Shown here: positions 24,819-35,246 of the stretch, piece by piece
Numbering within the stretch: position 1 is the stretch's first letter
Layout of the letters: each line of letters begins with the position of its first letter
Assembly (NCBI RefSeq): GCF_001194135.2
Contig: NC_069001.1
Span: 19,294,321 to 19,358,320 of the forward strand
From: Octopus bimaculoides
Lineage: Eukaryota
Reading direction: 5' to 3'
Length of the DNA: 64,000 nucleotides
Notes under the pieces: model-generated
What the model was told of the DNA's origin: nothing
Database searches by the model: none
Seen by the model: only the letters and a program-made list of their open reading frames with translations
Program-made: the position numbers and the translations under genes

Positions 24819-25205
24819 AAATAGAAATAATACATTTCTAAATCTCTCAGAGAGATTTATGCAGTAGTGATGCGATAAAATAGTTGTATGCTGTCAACTT
24901 AATGTGACAGTCCCATGACGGGAATAATACTACTGTTGGTTAGACCTAGGAAACAGCACCGCTTCCTGTCAGCCTTGACACATTTCCTGTGTCCTTATGT
25001 TTACAAGGGGGAGACAAACACCTCCACCCAGCTAAGCCTGCATCCAGAGACATGTTTCTGAGTCTTTGCTCGTCATCAGTCTGGAGTAGCAATAGCTTGC
25101 TAGTTGGAGATGCCTGTCAAGCTCTTGTAAACATATAATAATTCTAGTGAAACACTTTCACTGATTTCAAAAATAGAAATAATGCATTTCTAAATCTCTC
25201 AGAGA
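24819..25205 (-). mobile_element. Retrozyme-like / Penelope-related non-coding unit (352-bp period, 35-bp terminal redundancy)
   Basis: Direct repeats AAATAGAAATAAT(A/G)CATTTCTAAATCTCTCAGAGA at 24819-24853 and 25171-25205. Hammerhead inside, no ORF, strong self-complementarity. Confidence 0.65.
25043..25085 (-). ncRNA. Minimal type I hammerhead ribozyme
   Basis: UCCAGA CUGAUGA C GAG CAAAGA CUC A GAAAC AU GUC UCUGGA: 6-bp stem I, intact CUGAUGA/GAAA core, 3-bp stem II, palindromic stem III (ACAUGU). Predicted GUC cleavage between 25049 and 25048. Confidence 0.8.
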
Positions 25206-25787
25206 TACATATATAGATGCTCAGATAAGAAGTTTTTCTCTTTTCAACCTCGTTCATACTCTTCTATTTACGCGCAGATCATAAACCCCTTATTTAGTTC
25301 TTTTCACTATTCTGTCTATTTCATTACCATGTCATCACATTCATTCATTCATTCATTCATTCAAGTTTATCACACAGTCACTTATTCCTCTAATTCTGTC
25401 TTAGATTAGCTGATCGAAAACTCTCAGATTTTTCAATTCTATTTTACTATTATCAACATTTGCTGTCTCGTTAAACTATGCTACACAAATCCCAAAAGAA
25501 TATCTTTCTCCCTCGTGTCCTGACCACTAACCCCTCTCTCTCTCTTTCTCTGCCTTACTCTGTTCGCAGTACGCCACCCTACCACCCTCTCCTATCCTTT
25601 CCCATCCTTTGGTTGTCTCCCATGAACACTTCTAAAGGCTTTACACCACCCCCACCCCTACTTAGGGATTATCTCCTATGTAAGGTAGTGATCATATAGT
25701 GCAAAAATATGATAGTGTAGTGTATGCAGGTTGAATTGAAGGCTATTGTTTCTTAATGAATTCTGTCAAATGCGAGCTTTCTTTTCA

Positions 25788-28592
25788 GGTACATGACACT
25801 GCTGTCTCCCGCCCCAGGGTCTCACGGGCCCATACCTCCCACACCCTCAGGGTTGGCACTCTCAACGTCGGCACACTGGAAGGTAGGTCTAGTGAGATTG
25901 TTGAGATGCTTGAACGGAGATGTATCGATATCTACTGCCTCCAAGAAGTAAGGTGGAGAGGAGGTTACACTAGGTTCCTCACAGGCAAAGAACACAGGTA
26001 CAAGATTTTCTGGGCAGGGAACATAGACAGGGTCGGGGGTGTGGATATACTTCTTGTGGAGAAATGGGGGGATAAGGTAATCGAGGTAGTCAGAGTATGC
26101 GATAGAATACTTAAGATTAGATTACTGCTCCATCATGGGTTAGCAACCATTATCTCAGCCTATGACCCTCAGCCAGGGCTACCCGATGGACAGAAAGACC
26201 GATTTATGACACCCTCTTGCAGACTATCTCATTGACGAATGACAGGGTCCTTCTCTTTGTGGCTGGTGACTTCAATGGACATGTTGGACAACATACAGGG
26301 GGCTTCCATGGCGTAATGGAGGCTATGGTTTCGGTTCCTGCAATGAGGAGGAAACCAGGCTGCTGGATGCAAATGATCTTATGGTTTGCAATACTAACTT
26401 TAGGTAACCTGCCAGTCACCTAGTCACCTACCGTTCTGGCAGACACACTAGCCAAATTCACTACATCCTCGCCAGAAAAAGGGAAATATGGCTGCTTATA
26501 AATGCCAAAATGTTCCCAGGCAAAGAATGTACCCCACAACATAGACTGGTAGTTAGTGACTTCAGGATCAGGGCTAAGTGGTTGCCCAGTAGATGACCAG
26601 CTTGGAGGAGAAGGGTCTGGAAGCTTAAAGATCCTGCAAATGGACAGAGATTTAGCGACATATTACTCGAAGCCTTTGACAAAATAGAAGGGGATATAGC
26701 TTCACACAACGTAAATGACAACTGGAGGTTTCTACGAGACAACTGGAGGTTTCTACGAGACAACCTGCTGAGAGCTACTGACCAGATCTGTGGATGGTGC
26801 AAAGTTCCCTCTCAACCCAAGATAACGTGGTGGTGGAACAATGTTGTTGACAGGTCTATTAGACAAAACAAACAGTCTTAGAAGGACTGGAAGGATGGTG
26901 GTAGCAGGGAATTGTATCAGACTGCCAGAAGGGAAGTTAGGAGACAGGTTTATTTAGCCAGAGGGGAAGCAGATAAGAAAAAATTTGCCAATGTTCTGCA
27001 CCATCAGGACCAAAGACTTGAGGTATTTCGTGTTGCAAGACACTGTGTGAGAGAGTATTGTGATGTCGAAGGAGAGAAATGTATCCGCATGGATGATAGT
27101 TCACTTGCACTAAACAAGGCTGCAAAGAGAGAGGTTTTGAGATACCACTATGAAAGGTTGCTCAATAAAGAAAATGAATGGGAGAGAGAGAATCTACCGA
27201 ATGTTGACCCAACAGAGGGACCAGCTATCCAAGTTGACAGTACCTTAGTAGATAAAGCAATTAAGAGTATGAAGACAGAGAAAGCCCCCGGCCCATCAGG
27301 AATCACTGCAGAGATACTCAAAATATCTGGCAGTGTCGGCTATAGCTTAGTCACCCATATAGTTAACCAGGTGATACACGAAGGAGTCATACCCAATGAC
27401 TGGTGTAGCAGCACCATAGTCAACTGCTACAAAGGTAAAGGTGACACTTTAGATACAAATAATTACAGAGGTATCAAGTTGTTGGATCAGGTAATGAAAG
27501 TTACAGAGAGGGTCATAGCCCAACTAATTAGGGAGAGGATCAGTTTAGATGACATGCAGTTTGGGTTGATGCCAGGGAAAAGCACTGCTGATGCTATATT
27601 TCTGGTAAGACAGCTGCAGGAGAAATACCTAGCCAAAGATAAACACTGTACCTGGCTTTCGATGACATGGAGAAAGCCTTTGACAGGGTCCCCCGATCCC
27701 TTATCTGGTGGTCAATAAGGAAACTAGGGATAGATCAATGGTTAGCGAGAGCTGTGCGAGCCAAGTACAGTGAAGAATTCCGGGTAGTGGTAGGGGTCCA
27801 CCAAAGTTCAGTCCTCAGCCCCCTTTTATTTATCATAGTCCTCCAGGCAATAACAAAGGAATTCAAGACAGGATGCCCCTGGGAGTTCCTCTATGCTGAT
27901 GACCTTGCTCTAATTGCTGAGTCACTATCAGAACTACAGGAAAAGTTTTAGGTGTGAAAGCAAGGATTAGAATCGAACGGCCTTAGAATGAACCTAGCTA
28001 AACCCAAAGTCCTAATACGTTAGAAGGTAGACAAACCACAAACCCCTTCAGGTAGATGGCCCTGCTCAATCTGTAGAAAAGGTGTAGGTAGAAACTCCAT
28101 AAGATCTACCCAGTGTAAGCTATGGACACATAAGAGGTGCAGCAATATCAAAGGAAGGCTAACTAGGAAGATAGTTTTTGTATGTGTCAGATTCTCAGGA
28201 GCAATAAACACTGAAAATGTGCAGAGAACAACTTCTGCCACATTCCAGTGAGAAAAACTAGACATAGTTGATAACTTCCATTACCTAGGTGACCAAGGAG
28301 GGTGCGCTGAAAGTGTAGCTGCTAGAATAAGAATAGCCTGAGCAAGGTTCAGAGAGCTCTTACCTCTGCTGGTGACAAAGGGCCTCTCACTCAGAGTAAA
28401 AGGCAGACTGTATGACACATGTGTACGAACAGCCATGCTACATGGCAGTGAAACATTGGCTGTGACTATTGAGGACATGCATAAGCTCGCAAGGAATGAA
28501 GCCAGTATGCTTCGATGGATGTGTAATGTCAGTGTGCAAACTCGACAAAGTGTAAGTACCTTGAGAAAAAAGTTAGACCTAAGAAGCATCAG
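25788..28592 (+). mobile_element. Near full-length RTE (BovB-like) LINE, decayed; 3' end in N gap
   Basis: APE endonuclease TLNVGTL..CLQEVRWRG..VAGDFNGHVG; RT YKGKGDTLDTNNYRGI, QFGLMPGKS, EKAFDRVP, GVHQSSVLSP, LYADDL; several frameshifts. Confidence 0.93.
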
Positions 28593-29060
28593 NNNNNNNN
28601 NNNNNNNNNNNNNNNNNNNNNNNNNNNNNNNNNNNNNNNNNNNNNNNNNNNNNNNNNNNNNNNNNNNNNNNNNNNNNNNNNNNNNNNNNNNNNNNNNNNN
28701 NNNNNNNNNNNNNNNNNNNNNNNNNNNNNNNNNNNNNNNNNNNNNNNNNNNNNNNNNNNNNNNNNNNNNNNNNNNNNNNNNNNNNNNNNNNNNNNNNNNN
28801 NNNNNNNNNNNNNNNNNNNNNNNNNNNNNNNNNNNNNNNNNNNNNNNNNNNNNNNNNNNNNNNNNNNNNNNNNNNNNNNNNNNNNNNNNNNNNNNNNNNN
28901 NNNNNNNNNNNNNNNNNNNNNNNNNNNNNNNNNNNNNNNNNNNNNNNNNNNNNNNNNNNNNNNNNNNNNNNNNNNNNNNNNNNNNNNNNNNNNNNNNNNN
29001 NNNNNNNNNNNNNNNNNNNNNNNNNNNNNNNNGGAATTTGAAATTTGAAATCTGAAATCG

Positions 29061-29545
29061 GGCGATCTTTCGATACTAGTACGCCATAACTTCCGGTCGT
29101 TGTGCGCACGCATACTGATTACATTATCATATAGTGCGTTTGTTTTTAAATGACTTGAAAATATGAAAAGACAACATTAAATAGAAAAAAAATGAATGGC
29201 CCACTAAACTCAAACCTTCTCCCCCTCAGATGCATACAGTTCTCAAACTTTAAACACATAAATACACTATACGATCATGTAACCAGTATAGGGAGGAGAT
29301 ACGCCACTATGGAGGTGCGCTTCACAACGGAGGAGGAAGCAATAAAGCACTCCACCGAAGCAATAAGGACAGAGGAATGGGTGCTCTTGCCTTCGTACTG
29401 CGGAAAACGTGTGGCCAAGGTGCGAGCGAGTAAGGTGCCATCCGAACTGAAACTTTAAACACATAAACACACTATACGATCATGAAATCAGTATGCGTGT
29501 GCGCAATGACCAGAAGTTATGGCGGACTAGTACCGAAAGATCGCC
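29061..29545. mobile_element. Small non-autonomous TIR element (~100-bp imperfect TIRs) with an internal LINE-ORF1-like insert
   Basis: GGCGATCTTTCGATACTAGTACGCCATAACTTCCGGTC... (29061-29158) is the inverse of ...GACCAGAAGTTATGGCGGACTAGTACCGAAAGATCGCC (29450-29545). TSD not recognised. Confidence 0.7.
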
Positions 29546-29666
29546 ATGACCTATTAAAGGACTGGAGAATACTACAAATTATTAATGGGAGGGTGCAGTT
29601 AGGAGGTGGGGGTCAGGGTGTTAAAGGAAGAAGTTATCCAGAAGCTCTGTGTAAATAACATGTTAC

Positions 29667-30775
29667 GGTAATCTTCAAGTTTAGGGGGGTAAAAAAAGTA
29701 AATAAAAATATTAAAGGGAAATAACTGAATGACTTACCATTATTATCCGTTTTCTTTTAGCTGTTTATAAATAAATCATACACGTGCATTTTTTTTTTTT
29801 TTTTTCTAAAACAGCATGCGACGGAATTTTTTCTTATAAAAATTTAAAATGTTTTTTTCTTTTTACAAAACGGAAACAAAATGTTTTGCAGAAGTACCCG
29901 ACGGAACGGAGTCAAAAACAACAGGCAGAAAAGAATCTAAAACAGCATACGACGGAATTTTTTGGACCTTTGTGATTTGACGGGCAACATTTTTTTTATG
30001 TAGTGTTTTTGGTACCGAAACACTTTCAAACTTCGTATACTTGTATATTTTGTGGTATAGAACAGATAATAAATTTTGTATTCGAAGTTATTTCACGTTA
30101 AAAATTGTCTTATTTCGATANNNNNNNNNNNNNNNNNNNNNNNNNNNNNNNNNNNNNNNNNNNNNNNNNNNNNNNNNNNNNNNNNNNNNNNNNNNNNNNN
30201 NNNNNNNNNNNNNNNNNNNNNNNNNNNNNNNNNNNNNNNNNNNNNNNNATCTCAATGAAATCGTGTTCATTAAAAATAGATATTTATTAATGAAATTTTC
30301 TACAGTTATGCTCCAGATGTTTGAAATTATTGCACTGTAGAAAATTTCATTAAAATATATCTATTTTCAATGAACACGACTACGCCGAGTGAGGGTCACC
30401 ATGCAGTTCTAGAAATTCACCTACTCAACATTATACACTTCAGCAATGGCAGCCAAAAAATAAACAAATGTTTTTTCTTTTGGGATTGAATTCCGCCATA
30501 GAAATTCATATAGATAAGATGAGATTGAGGATTTCGTTTTCAGCAACAATAAGATGTTGTGCAGCCAGTCTTCCACGAGGCATTTTCGATTTCTCATAAG
30601 AAACTATGATATTCAATCACGTGTGTGATTTATATATAAACAGTTAACATCAATCAAATCACGTGTGTGATTTATTTATAAACGGAGTAGTACGGAGAAT
30701 ACTGGTAAGACGTTCAGTTACTTCCCTTGCATATTTTTATTTATTTTTTTTACCCCACTAAACTTGAAGATTACC
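29667..30775. mobile_element. Non-autonomous Merlin-like DNA transposon
   Basis: ~120-bp imperfect TIRs starting GGTAATCTTCAAGTTTAG (29667) and ending CTAAACTTGAAGATTACC (30775). Flanks ACATGTTAC / ACATATTAA (7/9 match) fit an 8-9 bp TSD. Subterminal direct repeats; N gap inside. Confidence 0.6.
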
Positions 30776-31861
30776 ACATATTAATATAATTCTCGAAAGT
30801 GAAACCTATGTTAAACGGAGTAAACTTAAGTAGGGTTAAAAAAATTTACTCACAGGAAATTAATACCAAGAATCCCCCCTATGGTACACAATGGAATATG
30901 TCTAAGTCCAGCAGTCAGTAACAATTTAATACAATTCACAAGTTAAACCATTACAAAAGGTTTGTTTATAGATAAACAAGAAAAAGAGAGGAAGGAAAAA
31001 AAGTAAGGGAGGTAAGACAATGAGTAGAATTTAAGGGCCACTTAACGGTATAACATATGAGAGGGGAACATAAAGACAACAATTAAGTGGTTAAGGGGAG
31101 GCAACAGGTTGCGGTACACCAACAGATCAATGAAAACAAGGAAAAAATATGGCTGAACAACGTATATAGTAAATTGTAGTCGAAATTAAGTAAAGTACTG
31201 GTAAGTAATGAGTATATTAAATAGGTGCTCTACAGAGCAAAAATAAAATGGCATTGATTCTTAGGTGGATAAAATTTAAGGACAAGTCAATTGTTAAAAT
31301 GCTATCAAGCCTACAAAAGCATTACATAAACATAAAAGTAAATCATTTCTGTTATTATAAACCAAAAAAAAAAAGAAATATAGAGATACTAATGGGTACA
31401 ATAGATGTGTAGCATTAATGCCGAGGCTACCGGCCAGAAAAGTAGCCTTAAGATAAGCATTTAACTAAGTGAGCCTAAAAAGCTAAAATAATAATAAAAA
31501 ACTAAAAATTAAAATAAAGATAAAATGACCAAAGGTAAGATAGAAAAATACTAATTAAATCTAATCATTAAAAGAAACAAAAGAGTAATAATTCCAGAGG
31601 GTGTAAGAAATATTTGTAGGCATAGTGTGCGATAAAGTAAAGGAAAGACCATGAAATAAATAATAGAATAGACTGAAAAAATAAAATGAAAAGAAAGAAG
31701 GAATCAAGCATGGGAGGGGGGGTTATAGTAATAGTAATAAGTGGGGCTAATGTGGTAGAAAGCCAGAGGTCATTAATGTTCTCATATCACCAATAAAAGA
31801 AATAAAAGGCAAAATATAAGGGGTAATACGTTAATAAGGTGGGGGAAATGTTACTTGGTGA

Positions 31862-32782
31862 ATGAGATAATAGATATAGGTAGTGGGTTACATTTAAAAA
31901 CTTAGGAGAAAGGTAGGAGGTGGGGTTAGGTATTAGATTAACTAGGAGGGCCTCAGTTATTCCTAACAGTATGACCTATAAAAACTCCCATTATACTAAA
32001 CGGGGATCCTATTAGTATCCAGTGGAATTATAAATACTAATATGAGGTAGTTAAATATATCTAAAGTTTATAATTGTAAGAGAAGGAAAGTGTGGGAGTA
32101 ACATATAAGGCTTAGGGAAAGGGGTAGAGGGTGGGGTTGCAAATAAACAGCCTACATGAGACTCAATACTTCTAAGCATGACAAAAATAAAAGGGTAAGA
32201 TGTAGACCCTGCACTAAACTAACATGTGCTACTAATTATAAACTGTGTTCTAAGTACTACGATGGAGTAGTATGAGAGTTTCTAGTGTTATTTATATCTA
32301 TCAAAAGTAGAGATAGGTAGAAGGTAGAGGTGGGGGGGTTACATTAAAGATTTAGGAGAAGGGAAACAGGAGAGATTAGATAATTGACTAACTAGGTGGG
32401 GCATCAGTTATTCAGCAAGATGACCTAAAATGGAGTAAGGTGTAAAACCTCCATTAAACTATAAGGGGCTCCTATATGTATGCTGTGGAAATTATACATA
32501 CTAATATGGGGAAGTGAAAAAGTATCTAAAGTTAATAATTACAAGTAGGAAATAGTTAAGGGAGAGGGGTAACAAATAAGACTTAGTAAAAGAGGAAGAG
32601 TGGGTTGTAATTAAACTACCTACATGAGACTCAATACTTCTAAGCAAGACAAAAATAATAATAAAGGGGTAAGATGTATAATCTGCCAAAAACAGGGGCT
32701 ACTAATTAATAGCTATGGGTTATATGTAGTAATATGGAATTGTATGAGTATTTCTAGTGTTATTTATAACTATCGAAAGTGG
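31862..32782. repeat. Two diverged tandem ~450-470 bp units in the Penelope 3' region
   Basis: 31862-32310 aligns with 32311-32782, with an identical 28-mer CCTACATGAGACTCAATACTTCTAAGCA at 32151 and 32619. Confidence 0.8.
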
Positions 32783-35104
32783 ACCTAACTTTATGCAAGC
32801 AAGCTACTCTATACTCAAAACGGAATTTGTGCAGTTAGAATTTTTTAAATCTCATTTATGCAAAGGTGACATTTTCTATTTTTTCCATTATACAAATGTA
32901 CCATAGCGAGGATCTCTCAATACAATGTGAAGCTAGTGTTACTATCTTTGAGCTCCCAGGTGTACTTACTTAAACCAGTCAAATTGATTAAGTTTCTATT
33001 TCTAAAAGAATGCTGGTGCGCAGCCAGTCTACATTTTATTTTATTTTGGGTTGCACTGATATAACTCCATTTGCTAGACTTTTTTGTGACACTGCATTGA
33101 TAGATAGCATCCTTTATTCTACAGGTGTTACTGAATGCAGTTATTCTTGTTCCTACAGTCATATAGGTTATCTTGCAGGGGGGAATAGCCCCCTAGTGGG
33201 GTAGGATCAGGTCTATTGCGGTTAGATTGGTTATTTTGATTCTGAGAGAATTCTGGACTAATGTTGGGGTAGTGGTTAATGTTGATATTACTACTAATAT
33301 CACTGACCGTACCGTATATGTTTCTATTTGAGTAGAAAGTATCTAATTTCTTATTATTCCGAGAGGCTATTATGCACCCTAAGTTATGTGTAAGGCTGTA
33401 ACCTATCCTAATTTTACTACTATTTACAATACTAGAATACCTATTATTCTTACCAAAGTGTCTATTTATGACATTCAATAATTGCTTCACTAAGTTCGTC
33501 CTTATTTGCATTGCAAAAGGGATTATACACCAGATCCGATTTCCCGATTTACTGGTAGTTTCTACATGGGTGGAGTGCATATTGGTGTTACTATTCCTGC
33601 ATGCATTAACCCTCGCAGATCTACCATGTGTATTACTATACTATTGTAGTTATTCATGCAGTTACTAGATTTGGTTACATTCGTGTTAATAGCTAGCTAC
33701 CTGTGCTTTTTTATATCGCTTGTGTCTATGGTCAAGTGCAACAAAGTTACAGTTATCACATTCGTTGTTCCTACTATTCCTTCCACATTCATGAGGGGTA
33801 TATTTAATTCTACCTCTATAGATTGCATCTTTAAGTGCCTTATCGTACCTGTCCTTATGACTATCAAATATGTCCTCATTAGATGAGAGATAAGAAATCC
33901 TTTGATTAAAACCTGTTTTCAGATTGTGGATGGTTACTTTGACAATTTATATATTTCAGGTTGGAGTTGGGTTTCATATAAGGTTGATGTACTTAAATCA
34001 CAGTTAACATCTAAGTAATCAATGGAGTAGTTTTCATTCTCTATTGTTATGGAAAGGCCAAATCTATTGAAGAATTTATATAGGCAATTCTTGAGTAATT
34101 CTAGGCGTCTATTGGAGATGCTTTTGATAAAGAAAAGTGTCGGCTCTATATAGGCCTCCCGTGAGTTCAGGGAATTCTTTGTAGATGTTATCTAAAAGGT
34201 AAATACCCACAAGGTCACTTAACTCGGCTGAATCTGGGGCTCTCATAATTATATCAAAGAAGTCAGAGGTATCCGTCCTGGCCCACAACCTATTATCGAA
34301 TTCGAGGATTACATTAATTTCTTTTCTACTTAACTTAGTACAATGCATAGCAAAGATAAGCGCACTATTTAAGATTGTAGGATTAATCAATGAGTAATAA
34401 TTTTGAATGTCAATTTGCAAAAATTTATGATTATACTTATATTTTATGTTAGAGAACCATTCAATTGCGCCTTAGGTATTTTTCCATAGCCCTAATTTAA
34501 TTTTCTTCTTAAGAGTAGGTATATACTTATCTAAGATTGCTTTACTAAGCTAACCTAAATCTGACTTATTGGGGCATATTAATCTGACCTGGGTGTTATG
34601 TAGGTAATTATCTTTATGGTCTTTAATAGTAATATGAGGTCTAATCGGTATAAAAGGTTCAGTTTGGTCATCAATATTATACTCTAACATAATCTTTTTG
34701 GCCTCTAAGTTGATTGTTTTGAGGGTACTCCTAGGGACTACTTTATATTCTTTAAGGATTTCACACTGAATGAGTTCATGATAAGTAACAATGTTCATGT
34801 TTATATGTGTTTCTTGTTTTATCTGAGTGTACTATTATACCATCTTTGGATTTTAACTCGAGAACCAAATCCTTACGCTTTCTTTAGTGCTTATTATGCC
34901 TAAGGGTGTGGTTCTTAAACTTAATGTCCTTAATTAAAGAGCAAAGTTCATTTTCAAAAGCTTCCAGGTGACTGTTTGGCGGCGGTGTTTTCTTAGTTCT
35001 GAAAATTCTAATGGTAAAATAAGATGATAACAGAGGAAGGGACTTCTATGTTATCATCTTACTGACATATACCATTCTTATTTTCCATATTTTTTCCCCA
35101 ATTT

Positions 35105-35160
35105 ATCTCTGATGACAGAATATCTCATACTCGAGGATATCCCAGAAACTGCTATAAGAT
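35105..35160 (+). ncRNA. Degenerate type I hammerhead motif at the 5' side of the Penelope element
   Basis: ATCT CTGATGA C AGAATATC TCATACTCGAG GATATCCC A GAAAC TGCT ATA AGAT: 4-bp stem I, core intact, stem II and stem III mutated. Confidence 0.5.
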
Positions 35161-35246
35161 TTTGAATTTCTTCCTGTAATAATATTGTATATGACTTGAG
35201 ATGTTTGCCTTGCCTTAATGTTTGACGTCCTGTTTAACAATTATAT

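Larger units (their letters stand above)
30776..35240 (-). mobile_element. Penelope-like element (RT plus C-terminal GIY-YIG), decayed, with a long T/C-rich 3' region
   Basis: Minus strand: SDKTRNTY; HITIKDHKDNY..VRLICPNKSDLG; DIQNYYSLI; MRAPDSAELSDLVGIYLL..GGLYRAD; IWCIIPFAMQIRTNL; C.C....C....C linker; DAIYQCSV..SYISATQNKIKCRLAAHQHSF; LSKYTWELKD; CHLC. The purine-rich 3' region continues at 29546-29666 beyond the Merlin-like insertion. Confidence 0.85.

Noticed and set aside
30776-35240. Idea that the Penelope is a selenoprotein-encoding Naiad
   Set aside because: The domain order is RT then C-terminal GIY-YIG (Naiads are EN-first), and I saw no TGA at conserved Cys positions or a convincing SECIS.
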